From positions 29,946,001 to 30,010,000 of the forward strand of contig OX597826.1 of assembly GCA_951406725.2 (NCBI GenBank): a stretch of DNA of 64,000 nt. Reading direction: 5' to 3'. Made by a program: the position numbers and the translations under genes. How positions within the stretch are numbered: the first letter of the stretch is position 1; every line of letters starts with the position of its first letter. Below, piece after piece: positions 28,219-42,406 of the stretch. This DNA is from Octopus vulgaris. Taxonomy: Eukaryota. The notes below the pieces were generated by a model. It had not been told where the DNA came from. It did not search any database and was given only the letters and a program-made list of their open reading frames with translations.

Positions 28219-28732
28219 TAAGAGCACTTGAGAAAAGTTTTAAATCCTATGAAGAAGACAAAAGCAAAAATACAATCATCAAATTTTCTTTGCTTCCCAC
28301 ACGAAAAAACATAACAAAAACAAAAATAACAATGGACAACAACACCACACTCAACACGACGACGACCACCACCACCACGACCACCACAACCACCACAACC
28401 ACCACCACCACCACAACCACCACCACCACCATCACTACAACCACCAATCGTTTGCTCGCTCTTTAACAGTAGCAATCTGATGCAGCAACCACGACCAGGA
28501 TGAGAGCGTGTCATCAAATGTAAGCCATACTCTACAAACGATGAACCTTCGTTTCCAGAATGTTTAATCGTTTCCTATATTTCTGTGGAATCATTTCCGT
28601 TGGCCAACGCCATTTCCCGTATTCTCTGTGAATATGTTAGATCTTATCAGGCGTATCCTTGTCTGTAATTACTGCTTCTGAGTGATGTGCGTACGGATGG
28701 ATGTCCGAGTATGCGTCTATTAGTGGTGCTTC

Positions 28733-28796
<64 letters not shown>

Positions 28797-30008
28797 TGTG
28801 TAAGGGCTGAGGTCAGCATCAATAAGAATCGCTATTTATTGATAAAGAATTGTTATAACAGCTTGGTTCTATCATTGAAGGAAACCAATTTCTCAATTCT
28901 GACATCAAAGCCGGTTTTGCGTTCGCCTCTTACTGGAAACAGTGTCTTATTAATTTCTGATGATAAATATATATATATATATATATATATAAACGTTTCA
29001 CACATATACACACATACACACATACATATGCACATACATATACACATACATATACACACATACATATACAATGTCCTTAATTTCTGATGGTTATATACAC
29101 TCGCACGCATATGTATGCACACATATACACACATATACACACATGTAGACATATACATATGCAGTGTCTTATTAATCTCTGATGATAAGTATACACACAC
29201 TCGCATGCATACATATACACGCATATGCACATATATGGGAACACACACACGTACACATACTTACGCACACATCTTTACAAATATACGTATACATACATAC
29301 ATGCATGCATTCACATATAGAAACATGCGATAGCACTAGTGTATCTACATACACGCAACACATGTGAACGTGCAAGAATACATACAAATGGAGAAGAGAA
29401 CAGACACATGCATATGTATGCACACACACACACACACATACGTACATACACACACATATAGAGACGCAAAATTGCACGGGACAAGTGCATACATACGCAT
29501 GCGTTAACTCACAAGTTGTTACACATAGAGAAGCAAACAAGCTCACATGTGCAAACACATACACACGCACACAATCAAGCGTTATCAATGGACCTCAGCA
29601 AGATACAATCTCCCTAACCACTCTACACAAAATGAAGGAACCGTCGTCAGCACCACCACCGTCACCACCATTTCTACCAGCTACAACCACCGTCCACTAT
29701 CATCACCACTACCACCACCATTGCTATCACCATCATCACCGCTATCCCCATAATTGTCAACACCACTACTACTACTACTACTACTACTGCCACCGCCTCA
29801 TTATTTCAATGTTCCGCCCCACCCAATTCATATTTATCTTTAATTTCATGATCCCCCTATCTTCCATCTCTTTCCCACCATCTTTTGTTCCCTACTTATC
29901 TCATTTCCCATCGTTTTACCCGTCCTCCTCCTTTTCCTCCTCTTCTTGAATCTCTTCATTCATTTTGCTATTGTTCCGTATCTTCCCATTTTTATTCTTC
30001 AATCCGCA

Positions 30009-30078
<70 letters not shown>

Positions 30079-30269
30079 AACTCAAAATCATTCCTAAAGT
30101 TTCATTAACTTCTCCTTACCATTTCGTCCTCCCTTTCTCCATCTCCCAAGGTCCCTCCCTCTCTCTCTCTTCCTTTTTCTCTCGTCCTCGCTATCTCACC
30201 TTCACTTTCTCACTACTTCTTTGTCTCACTTTACTCTGTATTTTATCTTTCGTCCGTAATCTTATTCTT

Positions 30270-31480
30270 TTCTCATTCTTTCAAACTCATCATCGAATCC
30301 CCAACATAACTACTACCATCCGCCAACACATCACCAACGACCCTTCCTTTTACTCCTATCTTGACTATTTTCCCTTCCATTCCTCCACGCGGCAAATCTG
30401 CCACTCATCTTTTATCACGATTCTTCAGGGATTTCGCCGCATTTGCAACAGATAATCCCACTTCCAGAATTCATTTCAAATGTGTCACTTTTTGGTCCCA
30501 ACCCGCAGCGGTTACAATTCTGTCAATCACAGACAACACTTAACCCAAACTACCATTCCTGTCCTTCAAAAGAGACAAAAACTAGCACGACAATCTGGTC
30601 GGGTGTACCCCTGTCCCTTGTAATATGCGGACCTTTTCTTATGCCTACACCTTAATCTTTTGAATCCTGCATATTTCACACAATTATAACTCCACGTTGA
30701 ACGTATCCATCCAATCAGTTGGTAATTTATACAACCTTACGCTCTGCATATCATACAGTACCACGCAGTCTTTACAATATATTTTATATAAGGGCAATAT
30801 ACCGCTGCCATGAAGCTCGCTTCTGGGATTTTCTTCTTGATATTCGAAATATCACCACTGGCTTCTTCAGACACTTAGCTTGATGCTTCAATTCACTTAT
30901 CCGCCTCCTGTGATCACCTCTCCGAATGTAGTACTCTCAAACAGAAAAGTTTTGTTTAAACCCACCAACTCAACGATCCGAGGATTGTTTTAAACATAGA
31001 AAGCACAGCTTCCTATTGTGTGAACAGCATCTTCAATATTTTATTCTGTACATCTATTCATGGCTGTCCCTGTACGTTTATTTGCGGTTTTACCTGTACA
31101 GTAGTCTATGCGTGAGTGTGTACGATGGTATGTGCATATATGTGTCCCTATACATGTATTCAATGATGTGTGCGTATGTCCGAGTTAGTCTTTCAGCATG
31201 TTGACTTAACCACTGTCCACCCCACATAATATTCCTTTTAGTTAGATTATTCTGACCAACATCCAGTTACCGCTTCTTTTCCATTTACTGTTTCGCATTC
31301 TCCTTCATGTTATGAACATCTTATACTACCCCCTTTACTCTCCACATCACCTATCTCTCCTTCACTGCAACCCCTCTTCATTCTTAGAGCTTGGCCAACA
31401 ATATCTTAGTCTTACTCAACTTTCTGATGAAGAGTAACAGTCCGAAACGTTAAGACTTTCAATGCCTTATAATAATCGAA
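30270..31480 (+). mobile_element. Degenerate Penelope-like retroelement (RT C-terminus, GIY-YIG remnant, 3' hammerhead)
   Basis: SYLDYFPFH...FRRICN (30355-30450) resembles the PLE thumb motif YLxxxSxHP...LRRICS. tatataagggcaa (~30785) reads as a frameshifted YIGQ. Minimal hammerhead at 31408-31458. Confidence 0.6.
31408..31458 (+). ncRNA. Minimal Penelope-type hammerhead remnant
   Basis: CTGATGA-A-gagt-aaca-gtcc-GAAA-CG-TT-aagac; stem II is decayed. Confidence 0.45.
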
Positions 31481-31789
31481 CTTTTCGAGTTCCTTTAAAT
31501 ATTTCTTAAACAAACTGGTAGTTAGCCAGTCATGCATTCGTTCAAACGGTTTCTGGTAGACTTGTTCTCCCGTAGCTCTTTAACCAACATCAACTACCTT
31601 ATCTGGCATTAAACGAGGCATTATATTAATAATACAACATAAAATAATGTAGATTACGTGATAACTCATCCGGGGCAGTTAGACATTTAGTTAGTGGATG
31701 CTCAAGACCAGCCCAGAAGGAATACAGAAAACGCCATGGCAAGTTGCACAGCGAGTAAACTGGGAGATGTGCAGACGGTACGGGCTATA

Positions 31790-32230
31790 GTTTACCGACA
31801 AGGGGTTCGAATGCTAACAGTGAAAGAGACTGAGTAAAACTCACGTTGGATACCGCAATTTACACAGAGAAGAAGCTGCAATATAACTGACCAGATATCA
31901 CTTTCTTACGGAAAGAGGTAAAGAATGGATCTTCATTAACGTAGCGGTATTTGCTGAGTAGAATATTGTGAAGACAAAGAATGAGAACGTCGAAATGTAT
32001 CAAGAACTGGTGCTTGAAGTGGAACTAATTCATTGAGCTTCGAGAATGATTGTGATTCACCATCATGATACGTACAATTGGAACCATCTCAAAGAACATA
32101 TAAACCTGTTATGAGAAGTTGCGACTACCAGACATATTTGGAATTCGGAGTCCATGTTCGAAACAGCAGAAGTATTAAATAATGTATTGCATCTCTTATC
32201 TGCCGGAAGAAGCTGAGACATGACGTAGAT
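31790..32230 (+). mobile_element. Old, decayed RLE LINE 3' fragment
   Basis: ccagatatc (PD motif region), aaatgtatcaagaactggtgcttgaa and gtgattcaccatc echo the RLE C-terminus; many stops. Confidence 0.45.
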
Positions 32231-32268
32231 AAACCATGAGAACATCAAACCAAGAAAGAATTACGATA

Positions 32269-32318
<50 letters not shown>

Positions 32319-32635
32319 GGTGGGGGGTGATGGTGGTGGTGATGATGATGGTGATGATGGTGGTGGTGGCTATAGTTCTAGTTGTAGTAGTGGTAGTAGT
32401 AGTAGTAGTAGTAGTAGGGCCTTAAATTTTAGTGAAAGGGTTACTCGTTTTCATCCATACCAGTGCTTAACTGGTGTTTATTTTATTGACACCGAAAGGA
32501 TGAAAGGCAAAGCGACCTCGGCGAAATTCTTACAGCTTGCGGAAGGAGACCCTGTGAGACCTCTGATAACAGGTTGCTGTCCACTCTCTCAGGATCAACC
32601 AGAACAAGATCTAGAGCTCTGAGAAGTAAAACATA

Positions 32636-32686
<51 letters not shown>

Positions 32687-32690
32687 GTGG

Positions 32691-32751
<61 letters not shown>

Positions 32752-32758
32752 AGTGATC

Positions 32759-32800
<42 letters not shown>

Positions 32801-32895
32801 TGGAAATAAAATAAAATATGGAAGGAAATATGAGTAGAAATAAAATAAAATATGGAAATAAAATAAAATATGGAAATGAAATAAAATATGGAAGG

Positions 32896-34408
32896 AAAAC
32901 AACATAAATATAGACTTGGATATAGCAATGAACCCTAACAAACTAGCAAATATACGGAGATATATTCTCAACGCAAAAAAAATATCAGAAATAGAAATAG
33001 AACATCTAAAAGAAAAAATACATCAGGAAAATGTAGATAGAAGCCAGACGACAATGCCCAATAATATAAACACTGAAACAGTAAAACACGAAGACAAATG
33101 TAACACTCCCAACACGACAAACAAACATACAAATAAGAAAGAAAACGACACAAATCTAAAACCTGGAAACAATGAAGGGGAGCCTAATGAATATGATAAT
33201 ATAAAAAGTAGAATAATCAAAGAACTGAAAACCACAGAGCTCAAAATGGACCAAAGACCATACCTCCCAAAAATCAAAATAGACGAAACAACAACACCAA
33301 TTATAAACAGCATTAACCTAGCCGTCACGGAACTAATAGCCACTGAAACAAAAAGCGATATCACTGAGCTAAATAACTTAGTATACGCAGCAGCCACTGC
33401 AGCCACAAAAGAAGTTGGATGATAGCATCCCTCACACATGGATCCTCGAAACACTAGCCATTAACAAAGTAGCACCAACAATTATAAAATTCATTGGGCA
33501 CTCTTTGAATAAATGGCAAACAGTGCTACAGCTCCAAACAAAAGAGGGACTCATGAAAACCAAAGCCATCCCCATTAGAAGAGGAATATTCCAGGGAGAC
33601 ACGCTCTCTCCACTCCTTTTCTGCTTGGCACTGTCACCTCTATCTGATATGCTAAATAGAACTGGATGCAGATATAAATGTTACGACAAAACGATCAGCC
33701 ATCTTTTATATATGGATGACCTAAAACTATACGCTGCAAATGACAAACACCTGGAAACACTATTAAAGACAGTTCATGGATTTACCAAAGAAATAGATAT
33801 GAAATTTGGATTAGAAAAATGCGCCAAAGTAACCATGAAAAGAGGAAAACTAGTTAAGAGTAGCAACATCACACTAGATAAAACCAATGAAATAAAAGAA
33901 TTAGACCAAAGCCAAACTTACAAATACTTAGGAATCCATGAACTAGATAAGACACAACACACACAAATGAAAGAGAAAATAAAAAAAGAATATTATAGAC
34001 GAGTTAGATCAATACTAAAAACAGAGCTCAATGCTAAAAACAAGATAATAGGTATTAACACTTTAGCTGTCCCAGTTATAAGTTACAGCTACAATATCCT
34101 TAACTGGACACGAAATGAACTGACCAAAATAGATAGGAAAACAAGAAAAATAATGACAGGGTCTAGAATGCATCACCCAAAATATGACATAGAATGACTA
34201 TATATACAACGTATAGAAGGTGGTAGAGGCCTTATACAGCTGGAAAACTACTATAAAATAACCACCATAGGACTGCAAAAATATCTACTTCAGAAGGAAG
34301 GAAAACTGATACAAATAGCGGCAAAACACGAGCAAAACAAGAAAATGTTCTCAGTATTTAAGGAAGCTGACAAATACAAACAAGAAATCATACCACCTAA
34401 CAAATATA

Positions 34409-34439
<31 letters not shown>

Positions 34440-35420
34440 AGAAGAAGAAGAAGAAGAAGAAGAAGAAGAAGAAGAAGAAGAAGAAGAAGAAGACAACAAC
34501 AAAAGCTATAAAACAAATGAAATCTAAACTAAAACTAGAACAGCAAAGAACCATGATAAAACGATGGCAAGAAAAACCCCTCCACGGTAAATACTGGACT
34601 AAACTAAATGCAAAAGAAATAGACAAAGAAAAATCCCAGCAATGGTTGAGAAGCTCAGGACTCAAAGCAGAGACAGAGGGATTTTTAATTGCAGCACAAG
34701 ACCAAAGCCTCTCCACCAGAAATTACCAAAAACATGTAATAACAAGTAACTGCAGAATATGTGGAGATGGACAAGAAACAATAAATCATATTATCTCTGG
34801 CTGCCCAGTCCTGGCTAAGAAGGAATATATTCACAGACATGACAGAGTTGGAACCTACATACACTGGAAGCTATGCCAACATTATGGAATAACAACAGAA
34901 AAAAGATGGTATAGGCACACACCAGAAAAGGTCACAGAAAACGAGAAAGCAACCATACTCTGGGATATGCCGATACACACAGATAGAGAAATTAAGGCCA
35001 ACAGACCAGATATAGTTGTCAGAGATCATGAAGGAAAAAAATGCTTTCTAATTGATGTATCAATACCGGCAGATGACAACGTGTCTCTAAAAGAAATGGA
35101 GAAACTTTCAAAATACAAAGACCTGGAAATGGAGGTAACCAGAATGTGGAATCTAAAAACAGAAACAATTCCTATCATAGTAGGTGCATTAGGCATGATA
35201 AAAAAATATTCAGACAAATACATAACAAAAACACCAGGACTTACAAACACATATAACATACAGAAAATTGCACTACTAGGCACTGCACACATCCTACGCA
35301 GAACACTTTCCATACAATAACCATCAGAGTATCACAGCAAATCACAGCACATACCCAAGGCACACAGAGCTGCGCTCAGTAGTGAAGTGAAAGCACGATA
35401 TAAAAAATAAAACTACTGAA
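32896..35420 (+). mobile_element. Dong/R4-clade non-LTR retrotransposon (RT + CCHC + restriction-like endonuclease), defective
   Basis: RT motifs DSIPHTWIL, GIFQGDTLSPLLF, HLLYMDDLKLYA, FGLEKC and YKYLG; CRICGDGQETINHIISGC; RHD; RPDIV...IDVSIP...KY. The 3' end runs into (TAA)n. Defects: internal deletion at ~33415, a stop at 34195 and a (GAA)n expansion with frameshift at 34410-34492. Confidence 0.93.
33418..35320 (+). pseudogene. Reverse transcriptase/RLE ORF, disrupted
   Basis: ORFs 33415-34197 and 34517-35320 are colinear parts of one R4/Dong-type protein. Confidence 0.9.
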
Positions 35421-35422
35421 TG

Positions 35423-35514
<92 letters not shown>

Positions 35515-35515
<1 letters not shown>

Positions 35516-36030
35516 TAGCAAGGCTTGTCCATTGGACACTTTGCAAAAAGTATGGTCTTAACAAAGAAAAAAAAATTGGTACTACCACAAACCCGAAGGC
35601 ATCATCGAAAATGATAATGCAAAGATCCTGTGGGATTTTATGATTCAGTGCGACCATGAGATAGAGAATAGGAAGCCAGACATAGTCTTAATTGAGAAAC
35701 AAAGCAGATTATGCTGGATCATAGATATAGCATACCCAGCTGACAAAGAAAAGTCGATAGGTATGACAGATTAGCTTGGGAGGTAAAGCAGTTGTGGTCG
35801 ATGAAAAAGGTGGTAGTAGTAGCCCTGGAAACAGTGAGCAAACATTTCGAGAAGTACATGGAACAAATAGAGGCTGCAATAAGGGTGGAGCACTTGCAGA
35901 AAACAGCACTGCTTGCAACCGCTCGAATACTCCGGAAGGTGCTCGAAAGATAAGAGATGTTACCTTAGTTCGCTGGTAGTGAACGGCTGACACCGTAATA
36001 TATCTTCAGCGTTAGAAGCTGTGTAAAGGC
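35515..36030 (+). mobile_element. 3' fragment of a different RLE LINE subfamily in (TAA)n
   Basis: Reads IARLVHWTLCKKYG...IENDNAKILWDFMIQCDHEIENRKPDIVLI...LQKTALL with frameshifts; (TAA)n on both sides. Confidence 0.85.
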
Positions 36031-36142
<112 letters not shown>

Positions 36143-36145
36143 TTA

Positions 36146-36199
<54 letters not shown>

Positions 36200-36248
36200 T
36201 AATAATCTTTGTATCGTTCCAATTTTAGTATATTGTTTGCCGAGTATG

Positions 36249-36625
36249 TTGAGCATGTCCTTTGTGCATCTCTGATCAGGAGCAGAAGTAGTGGGAGAGC
36301 ATCAAAGCATGTGCTGAGAAGAATTGTTTGGTGTTTGAATAATTCGCCTCTGGAAACATGGGTTTTTCGTTCATCATCCTTAAACAACCCTTATTCAGGG
36401 ATCTTTTGAGCGGGATAGGCTACTGGATCTGAAGAAAATTCTAACTGGGTCCCACCTGCAAAGTAATGCGCTTTTATCTTGATTTGAGAGCACTACGTTA
36501 CAGACATATGGTTGTGATGCATGTGCCTGGTGTACACTTATCAGAGGAGTAGTCCTGATGGGTATACAGGGCTTCGTATAATTCACCCCAGTGTCACTTT
36601 GATGGCATGCACTGCTCTCTCACTC
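36249..36625 (+). mobile_element. (TAA)n-embedded element, partial third copy
   Basis: Matches 4600-4991 and ends ctctctcactc-(AAT)n. Confidence 0.8.
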
Positions 36626-36703
<78 letters not shown>

Positions 36704-37243
36704 GCCAGGCATGGTAATTAAAAAACACCAAATAAAAAAGCTGCACGTTGATTCACAGTAAAGCAATATATGCCTGAAGATGGTGGTGGCTGGAACATTC
36801 GGCTGTCAATCTTTCTTCCCATTACATCATGCAGTCTTGGAAACAAAATGGGATGATCCAGCATGGCCGCATTGAAAATAACTGAAACGAGTAAAAGAAT
36901 ACCAGTCCTGAATCAAAACAAAGATGGGATGGTTTCAATTAGAACCCAGATTAAAACAAAAACAACAACAACAACTACTACAACAGCTTCGATAAGAGCT
37001 CTGATTGGTTGATACAGAATGGTGAAGTTGACCACACATATTTCCTAAGTGCTTCACAGACGGCTTTCTAAAGTGAATACATCAAATTCTGCAATACAAT
37101 TTATGAGTTTCATAATCGGATTAATGTCTATTTTTACTACATCGATTAAAATCAGTTTTTATTTCTGCTGTCCAGAGTATTTCGAGTCATTACAGACAGT
37201 CTTAATGAATCATTTGTGCGCATATATAAGTTCCTTCTTTCTT

Positions 37244-37350
<107 letters not shown>

Positions 37351-37363
37351 GTCAATCTGTCTG

Positions 37364-37437
<74 letters not shown>

Positions 37438-37766
37438 GATATATTAACCCTGTTACCTCAGGTGTACCTCTGAATGCTGTTCTGTCCTTCAAAAACATCC
37501 TCAAATGACGTGATGCCAGTCTTCCGTTCTTCAACAGAAAAACAGGCAGAATCCTGTAAATATCAAAGAACCATCCTTGACTTTACCTAAGCATAAAGCA
37601 GCAAGAAACTAGAACCTAGAATATCCACGCTAAGTTGGTTTCGTAGTCCCGAAGGGCCGCTCCAGGCGAAATCAAATCGGTAAGATAAAGAACCCACCTG
37701 AAAGACTGTACTTGCTTTTCACGATCAGAGAATGCTTCACTCCTACACAATATCTACATCATCATT

Positions 37767-37841
<75 letters not shown>

Positions 37842-37964
37842 GTCTTCGTCGTCGTCGTCGTCGTCGTCGTCCTCCTCCTCCTCCTCCTCATCATCATCAT
37901 CATTAGCCCATGGGCATTACTGTCCCGTGCCCTGGACTCATCTCACCATTTGTCTCCGTTTCTG

Positions 37965-38192
37965 TGGTGCATAAGTGACCGATATCACAATATGATATTT
38001 CCTCTGAGTAGGACACCAGTCTGTCGTAGGGTCAGTCGTATTTGCTAGCTGAATGGTCTGTGGGGGGGGGGGGGGTAATGTGAAATGAAGCGTTTTGCTC
38101 AAGAACACAACGCACCGACCGGTCACGGAATCGAAACCTCCATCCAATTTTGCGATCCTAAGTGCAACACCCCGAGCACGTGGCCACATGCC
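37965..38192 (-). mobile_element. SINE family 3-like (tRNA head, ttcttgagcaaaac core)
   Basis: Reverse complement reads gcatgtggccacgtg...ggtttcgattccgtgacc...tgtgttcttgagcaaaacgcttcatttcac. Confidence 0.65.
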
Positions 38193-39352
38193 CTCACTTA
38201 CGAGTATTCAACAAAGCTCGGCGGGTTGGGGGGGTACCACAGTAGATTACTCCTTCCGTATCTGAATCTGTGCTGGTGATATACACAAGTATCCTAATCT
38301 ACATCCAAAGAAAGCCTGAATGAAGATACTCGTATCAACCACCCCCACCACACTCAGACTCACTGATATGCTGTCTCCTTTCTCTGCTCTTTCAACCGCT
38401 ACTACTGTGGCCTCTGCACCTTCGATATGACTGATCCCATACCACGACAACTATCACTTCTACCACTCAGATATTCTCTTCCTGAATCATTCGTCTCGTT
38501 TTTTTTTTCTGATCCTTCATATTGGGTTCATTTTTCGATTTCTGCATTTAGACAAACTTCAGAATTTAGAAGAATTTCGGACAGGATTATTTTTACAAAT
38601 TCTTGGTAGGTGGTGATGAAAGCTAATCTAATAGAACGGAGGTTACCTACTTCGGTGAGTATTAGTTGGAAAACAGAGTGGCGAACGGGATATGCTGATA
38701 TCTGGTGACTGAAAATAAACGCGAGATGGTCTTCGTTCACAATTCCGCTGAATCAGATCTAACCTTGAACTTAAAAACAACAACAGCAATAGCAACAACA
38801 GCAACAGCAACGAAACAACAAGCACAACAAGAGAAACAGCAACAAAACCACAACGTGACGTTATCAAGGAAAAGAATTTCATTCCACATGTTCTTGAGCT
38901 TCTAAAAGGGTTAAAGCAAGCAGAAGTCAAAATAAAAACCAAACTGTATAGATTGTAATATCTACGTAATCTCTAATGACCGTATAATTATATTTAAATA
39001 TTTCATCTCTGAGAATATAAATAAATCTATGTCTGTTTGTTAATAATCATTGAATCAAATAAAATGTCTTCATTCAATATAAATGATGGCGGCTACTCAG
39101 CGTTGCCGCTTTTATGTCCTTTGTTTTCGTCACAGCTTTTGTTCTATTTAAATAATTATTTCAATCAAATATCAAATATCGATTGATTTATTGATTTACT
39201 TACACTCACCAAATACATACATATTAATGTTGTTTGGAACATAAAACTGGGCATTGATTCGTTCGCCTCGCTCACAATACGTATTATGCAAATACACACA
39301 AACAGATTCACGGATACAAACACACATGCATATACATATACATATACATATA

Positions 39353-39401
<49 letters not shown>

Positions 39402-39421
39402 CTATGTATATACATACATAC

Positions 39422-39500
<79 letters not shown>

Positions 39501-39832
39501 TATACATACATACATACATACATACATACATACATACATACATACATACATACATACGTACAAGGAAAGCGTTGCAGATATGACTGTGTGATAAGAGATT
39601 TGCCACATGGTTCCAAGTTCAGTTCCATTGTATGACACCTTGGGCAAAAGTCTTCTACTATTCCATCGGACCAACCAAATCCTTATGAGTGGATTGACAG
39701 ACAGAAACTGCATAACAAACATCATGTATACCAAGAAGGAATCAAAGGTCCTTTCCAAGCCACAAGCTCAGAAGCCTGGTTTCCCGGATTCTGAGGGATG
39801 CGAGTCCTTCGCGGCACACACACACACATACA

Positions 39833-39871
<39 letters not shown>

Positions 39872-40704
39872 ACACACACACTCACACACACACACGCATA
39901 TATAATATACATATAAACACGAATATTTGTATGCTCCGGCTTCCATTTTGCAACATAAGTGCAATATTTTCAAGTATCGATCCTTAGCAATCGATTATAT
40001 TATTTTTTGATTATGCAAGAAATAATATTTTCAATCGCTTCAAGTGATTTAAAACTTCTTTGCTCTCGGAGAATTTTCTTGTTTACATGCAAAATTATTT
40101 TTAGCATTTATATATGAATATTATTTATTTTGCTTCAATCGAAATTCTAATTTCTTAAATTACGCTTGAAAAATGTTTTTATGATTTATCTTACAATTTG
40201 AGGTCTTTTATTAAAGAAACTTTTCTATTCTCTGTGATTGTAGGTTAAGTTGAAGACATTTTATTTTGTATTATTAAAACCGGATAATTTGAATTTTTAT
40301 TTAGCTCACATTGTTAAGGCACTACCTGCTGTAAAGGTCTATGTATTGTTGATCTCCCACTCATCTATGGTTAATTGAGATATAAATGTATCTCAGGTTT
40401 ACATACCTTACTGTTGAATCTGAGACGATTAGAAACGCTGTACTGAACAATCTTACAGACTTCCTATGATCGTCAGATCGTCTGCTTCATTTGTCTCCCT
40501 TGATTCATAACAAGATTTGATTAAGTGAAAGTTCTGTTGATTGACAGACAAACATTCACTTCCCAAAATGCTTTTCGCAACCTCAATGTAGTTACTGGAC
40601 CTACAAGAGATTGCAGCCAAATCTCCTTCGGATCATACCCTACCATCTTAAAAAGAATGATGCGATAAAAATTTACTACTATATATACAATATCCATAAA
40701 AAAG

Positions 40705-40880
40705 TCATTCTAATTTCGGCACAAGGCCAGCAATTTTGAGGAGGAAGGGGGTTAGCCGAGTACATCGTCCCCCACTGTCTCAACTGGTTTCTTATTTTAA
40801 AACTTTGAAAAGCTGAAAGGTACAGTGGTATCGGCGGAATTTGAACTCAGAACGTAAATATCCGGAAGTAATTCCGCCAA
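40705..40880 (-). mobile_element. SINE family 2
   Basis: tcggcggaatttgaactcagaacgtaaa. Confidence 0.65.
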
Positions 40881-40933
40881 ATGTGAACAGGTATATTTAT
40901 AAAATACGCCATGTATTTTAAACAAATATATAT

Positions 40934-40966
<33 letters not shown>

Positions 40967-41054
40967 TTAAAAAAAAAATGGACGCTGAACAGTAAGAAAA
41001 TAAGAAAAAATGAAAAGGTTGGTACAAAAAATTGCACGAGAAAAAAGAAACGAT

Positions 41055-41415
41055 GCACCGGATATAAGATAGGTGGATTGCATAACGTCTTTTGAATTCG
41101 CCTTCATACAACCCAATGTAATAATTATTTTCAATTGATTTGTCTTTGAGCGTTGCTGTAACTTCTGCTTCGTCAAGTGGGCATGATTTAAGATCTCGAC
41201 AGTTACAACTGGGTGTAGTCTCTTTGGTTATTTTTGCAAGTTATGTTCTTCATATTGTATGATATTTTTACTGAGCGTCTATTAAAAATGTTCATATACT
41301 TATGATTTATTGGAAAATGTTTATCTGAAAGAGACATGTATTTCTTGCTTACAGAAGTCTTAACCATAAGGGAGAAAGGAGGTGTGAGCCAAATTATTTC
41401 CCTAGGTCTATACAT
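41055..41415 (-). mobile_element. Penelope-like (Nematis-type) fragment: linker plus GIY-YIG endonuclease
   Basis: RPREIIWLTPPFSLMVKTSVSKKYMSLSDKHFPINHKYMNIFNRRSVKISY, then SCNCRDLKSCPLD and NYYIGLYEGEFKRRYAIHLSYIR in shifted frames. Confidence 0.85.
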
Positions 41416-41908
41416 TTAAGTATATATGTATGTATGTGTGTATGAATGTCCATAAGGAAAACACCAGAAATTGAATTAAGGAATTTTCACAAAAGAAACT
41501 TTTCTGCCATATTATTAGAATAACTTTTCGGTAGATATAAATACCTTAACATGAGAGTGAAGAGTTTGACGGAAGTCGGCTATTTTTCTATTTGGTTTTG
41601 ATAAAGCGAAATGTCGACAATATATGTATTAAATTGGGAACATAGCGATGTATCAATATGTAGCTGAAGGCGATTTGTGTTTCTTAATATGAAAAAAAGT
41701 CAATCTTACATTTTAACAGCAAAGATAGATTAAATGGTGATTGAAGGAAACCCTGTAAAACTTTTGCAGTCACGTTATCTCTGAAAGTGTATGTATATGT
41801 ATATGCGTGTGTATATACACACGTGCATATACATAAATATGTAAATATTTTTTAATTAGGTATATTCACACAGAAAACTGTCTCTCTATACACATATAAT
41901 ATAATATA

Positions 41909-41967
<59 letters not shown>

Positions 41968-41997
41968 ATATATATGCATGTGGAGTATATATATGTA

Positions 41998-42056
<59 letters not shown>

Positions 42057-42234
42057 TTGTGAGTGTTTGTGCATATATGCGTGTATAAATGTGTGTGAGT
42101 GTGTGTATGTGTGTGTGTATTTCGGTGCAAATAGTTTTGTTATAGGCCGCCGGGTTTACAATCATGTAAATAATAATAATGGTAATTATATAAACCTGAA
42201 GCTTAAAAAGCACTCGACAGAAAAAAGTAGGCTT

Positions 42235-42315
42235 TCCTATCCGCGTGGGACTCGAACCCACATCCCTTTTTTAATGCGACTACGTGTGTTACCATTACAC
42301 CAGCGAATTAGCCTC
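42235..42315 (-). other. tRNA-like sequence (SINE head or tRNA relic)
   Basis: A-box-like tggtgtaatggt and a T-arm gtggg-ttcgagt-cccac; the anticodon arm is not well formed. Confidence 0.5.
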
Positions 42316-42331
42316 CCTGTTTCTGTCAAAC

Positions 42332-42366
<35 letters not shown>

Positions 42367-42373
42367 ATGTATA

Positions 42374-42406
<33 letters not shown>

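Noticed and set aside
28941-29190. Three spaced copies of gtgtcttattaatttctgatga
   Set aside because: This looks like local duplication of an element end among (CA/TA)n tracts, and no ribozyme fold follows the CTGATGA.
36770-36805. gcCTGAAGAtggtggtggctggaacattcggc, hammerhead-like
   Set aside because: It has GGAA instead of GAAA and very short stems, so it is too degenerate to call.
42235-42315. Functional tRNA gene
   Set aside because: The T-arm and A-box are present, but the acceptor and anticodon stems do not pair properly, so it is kept only as tRNA-like.
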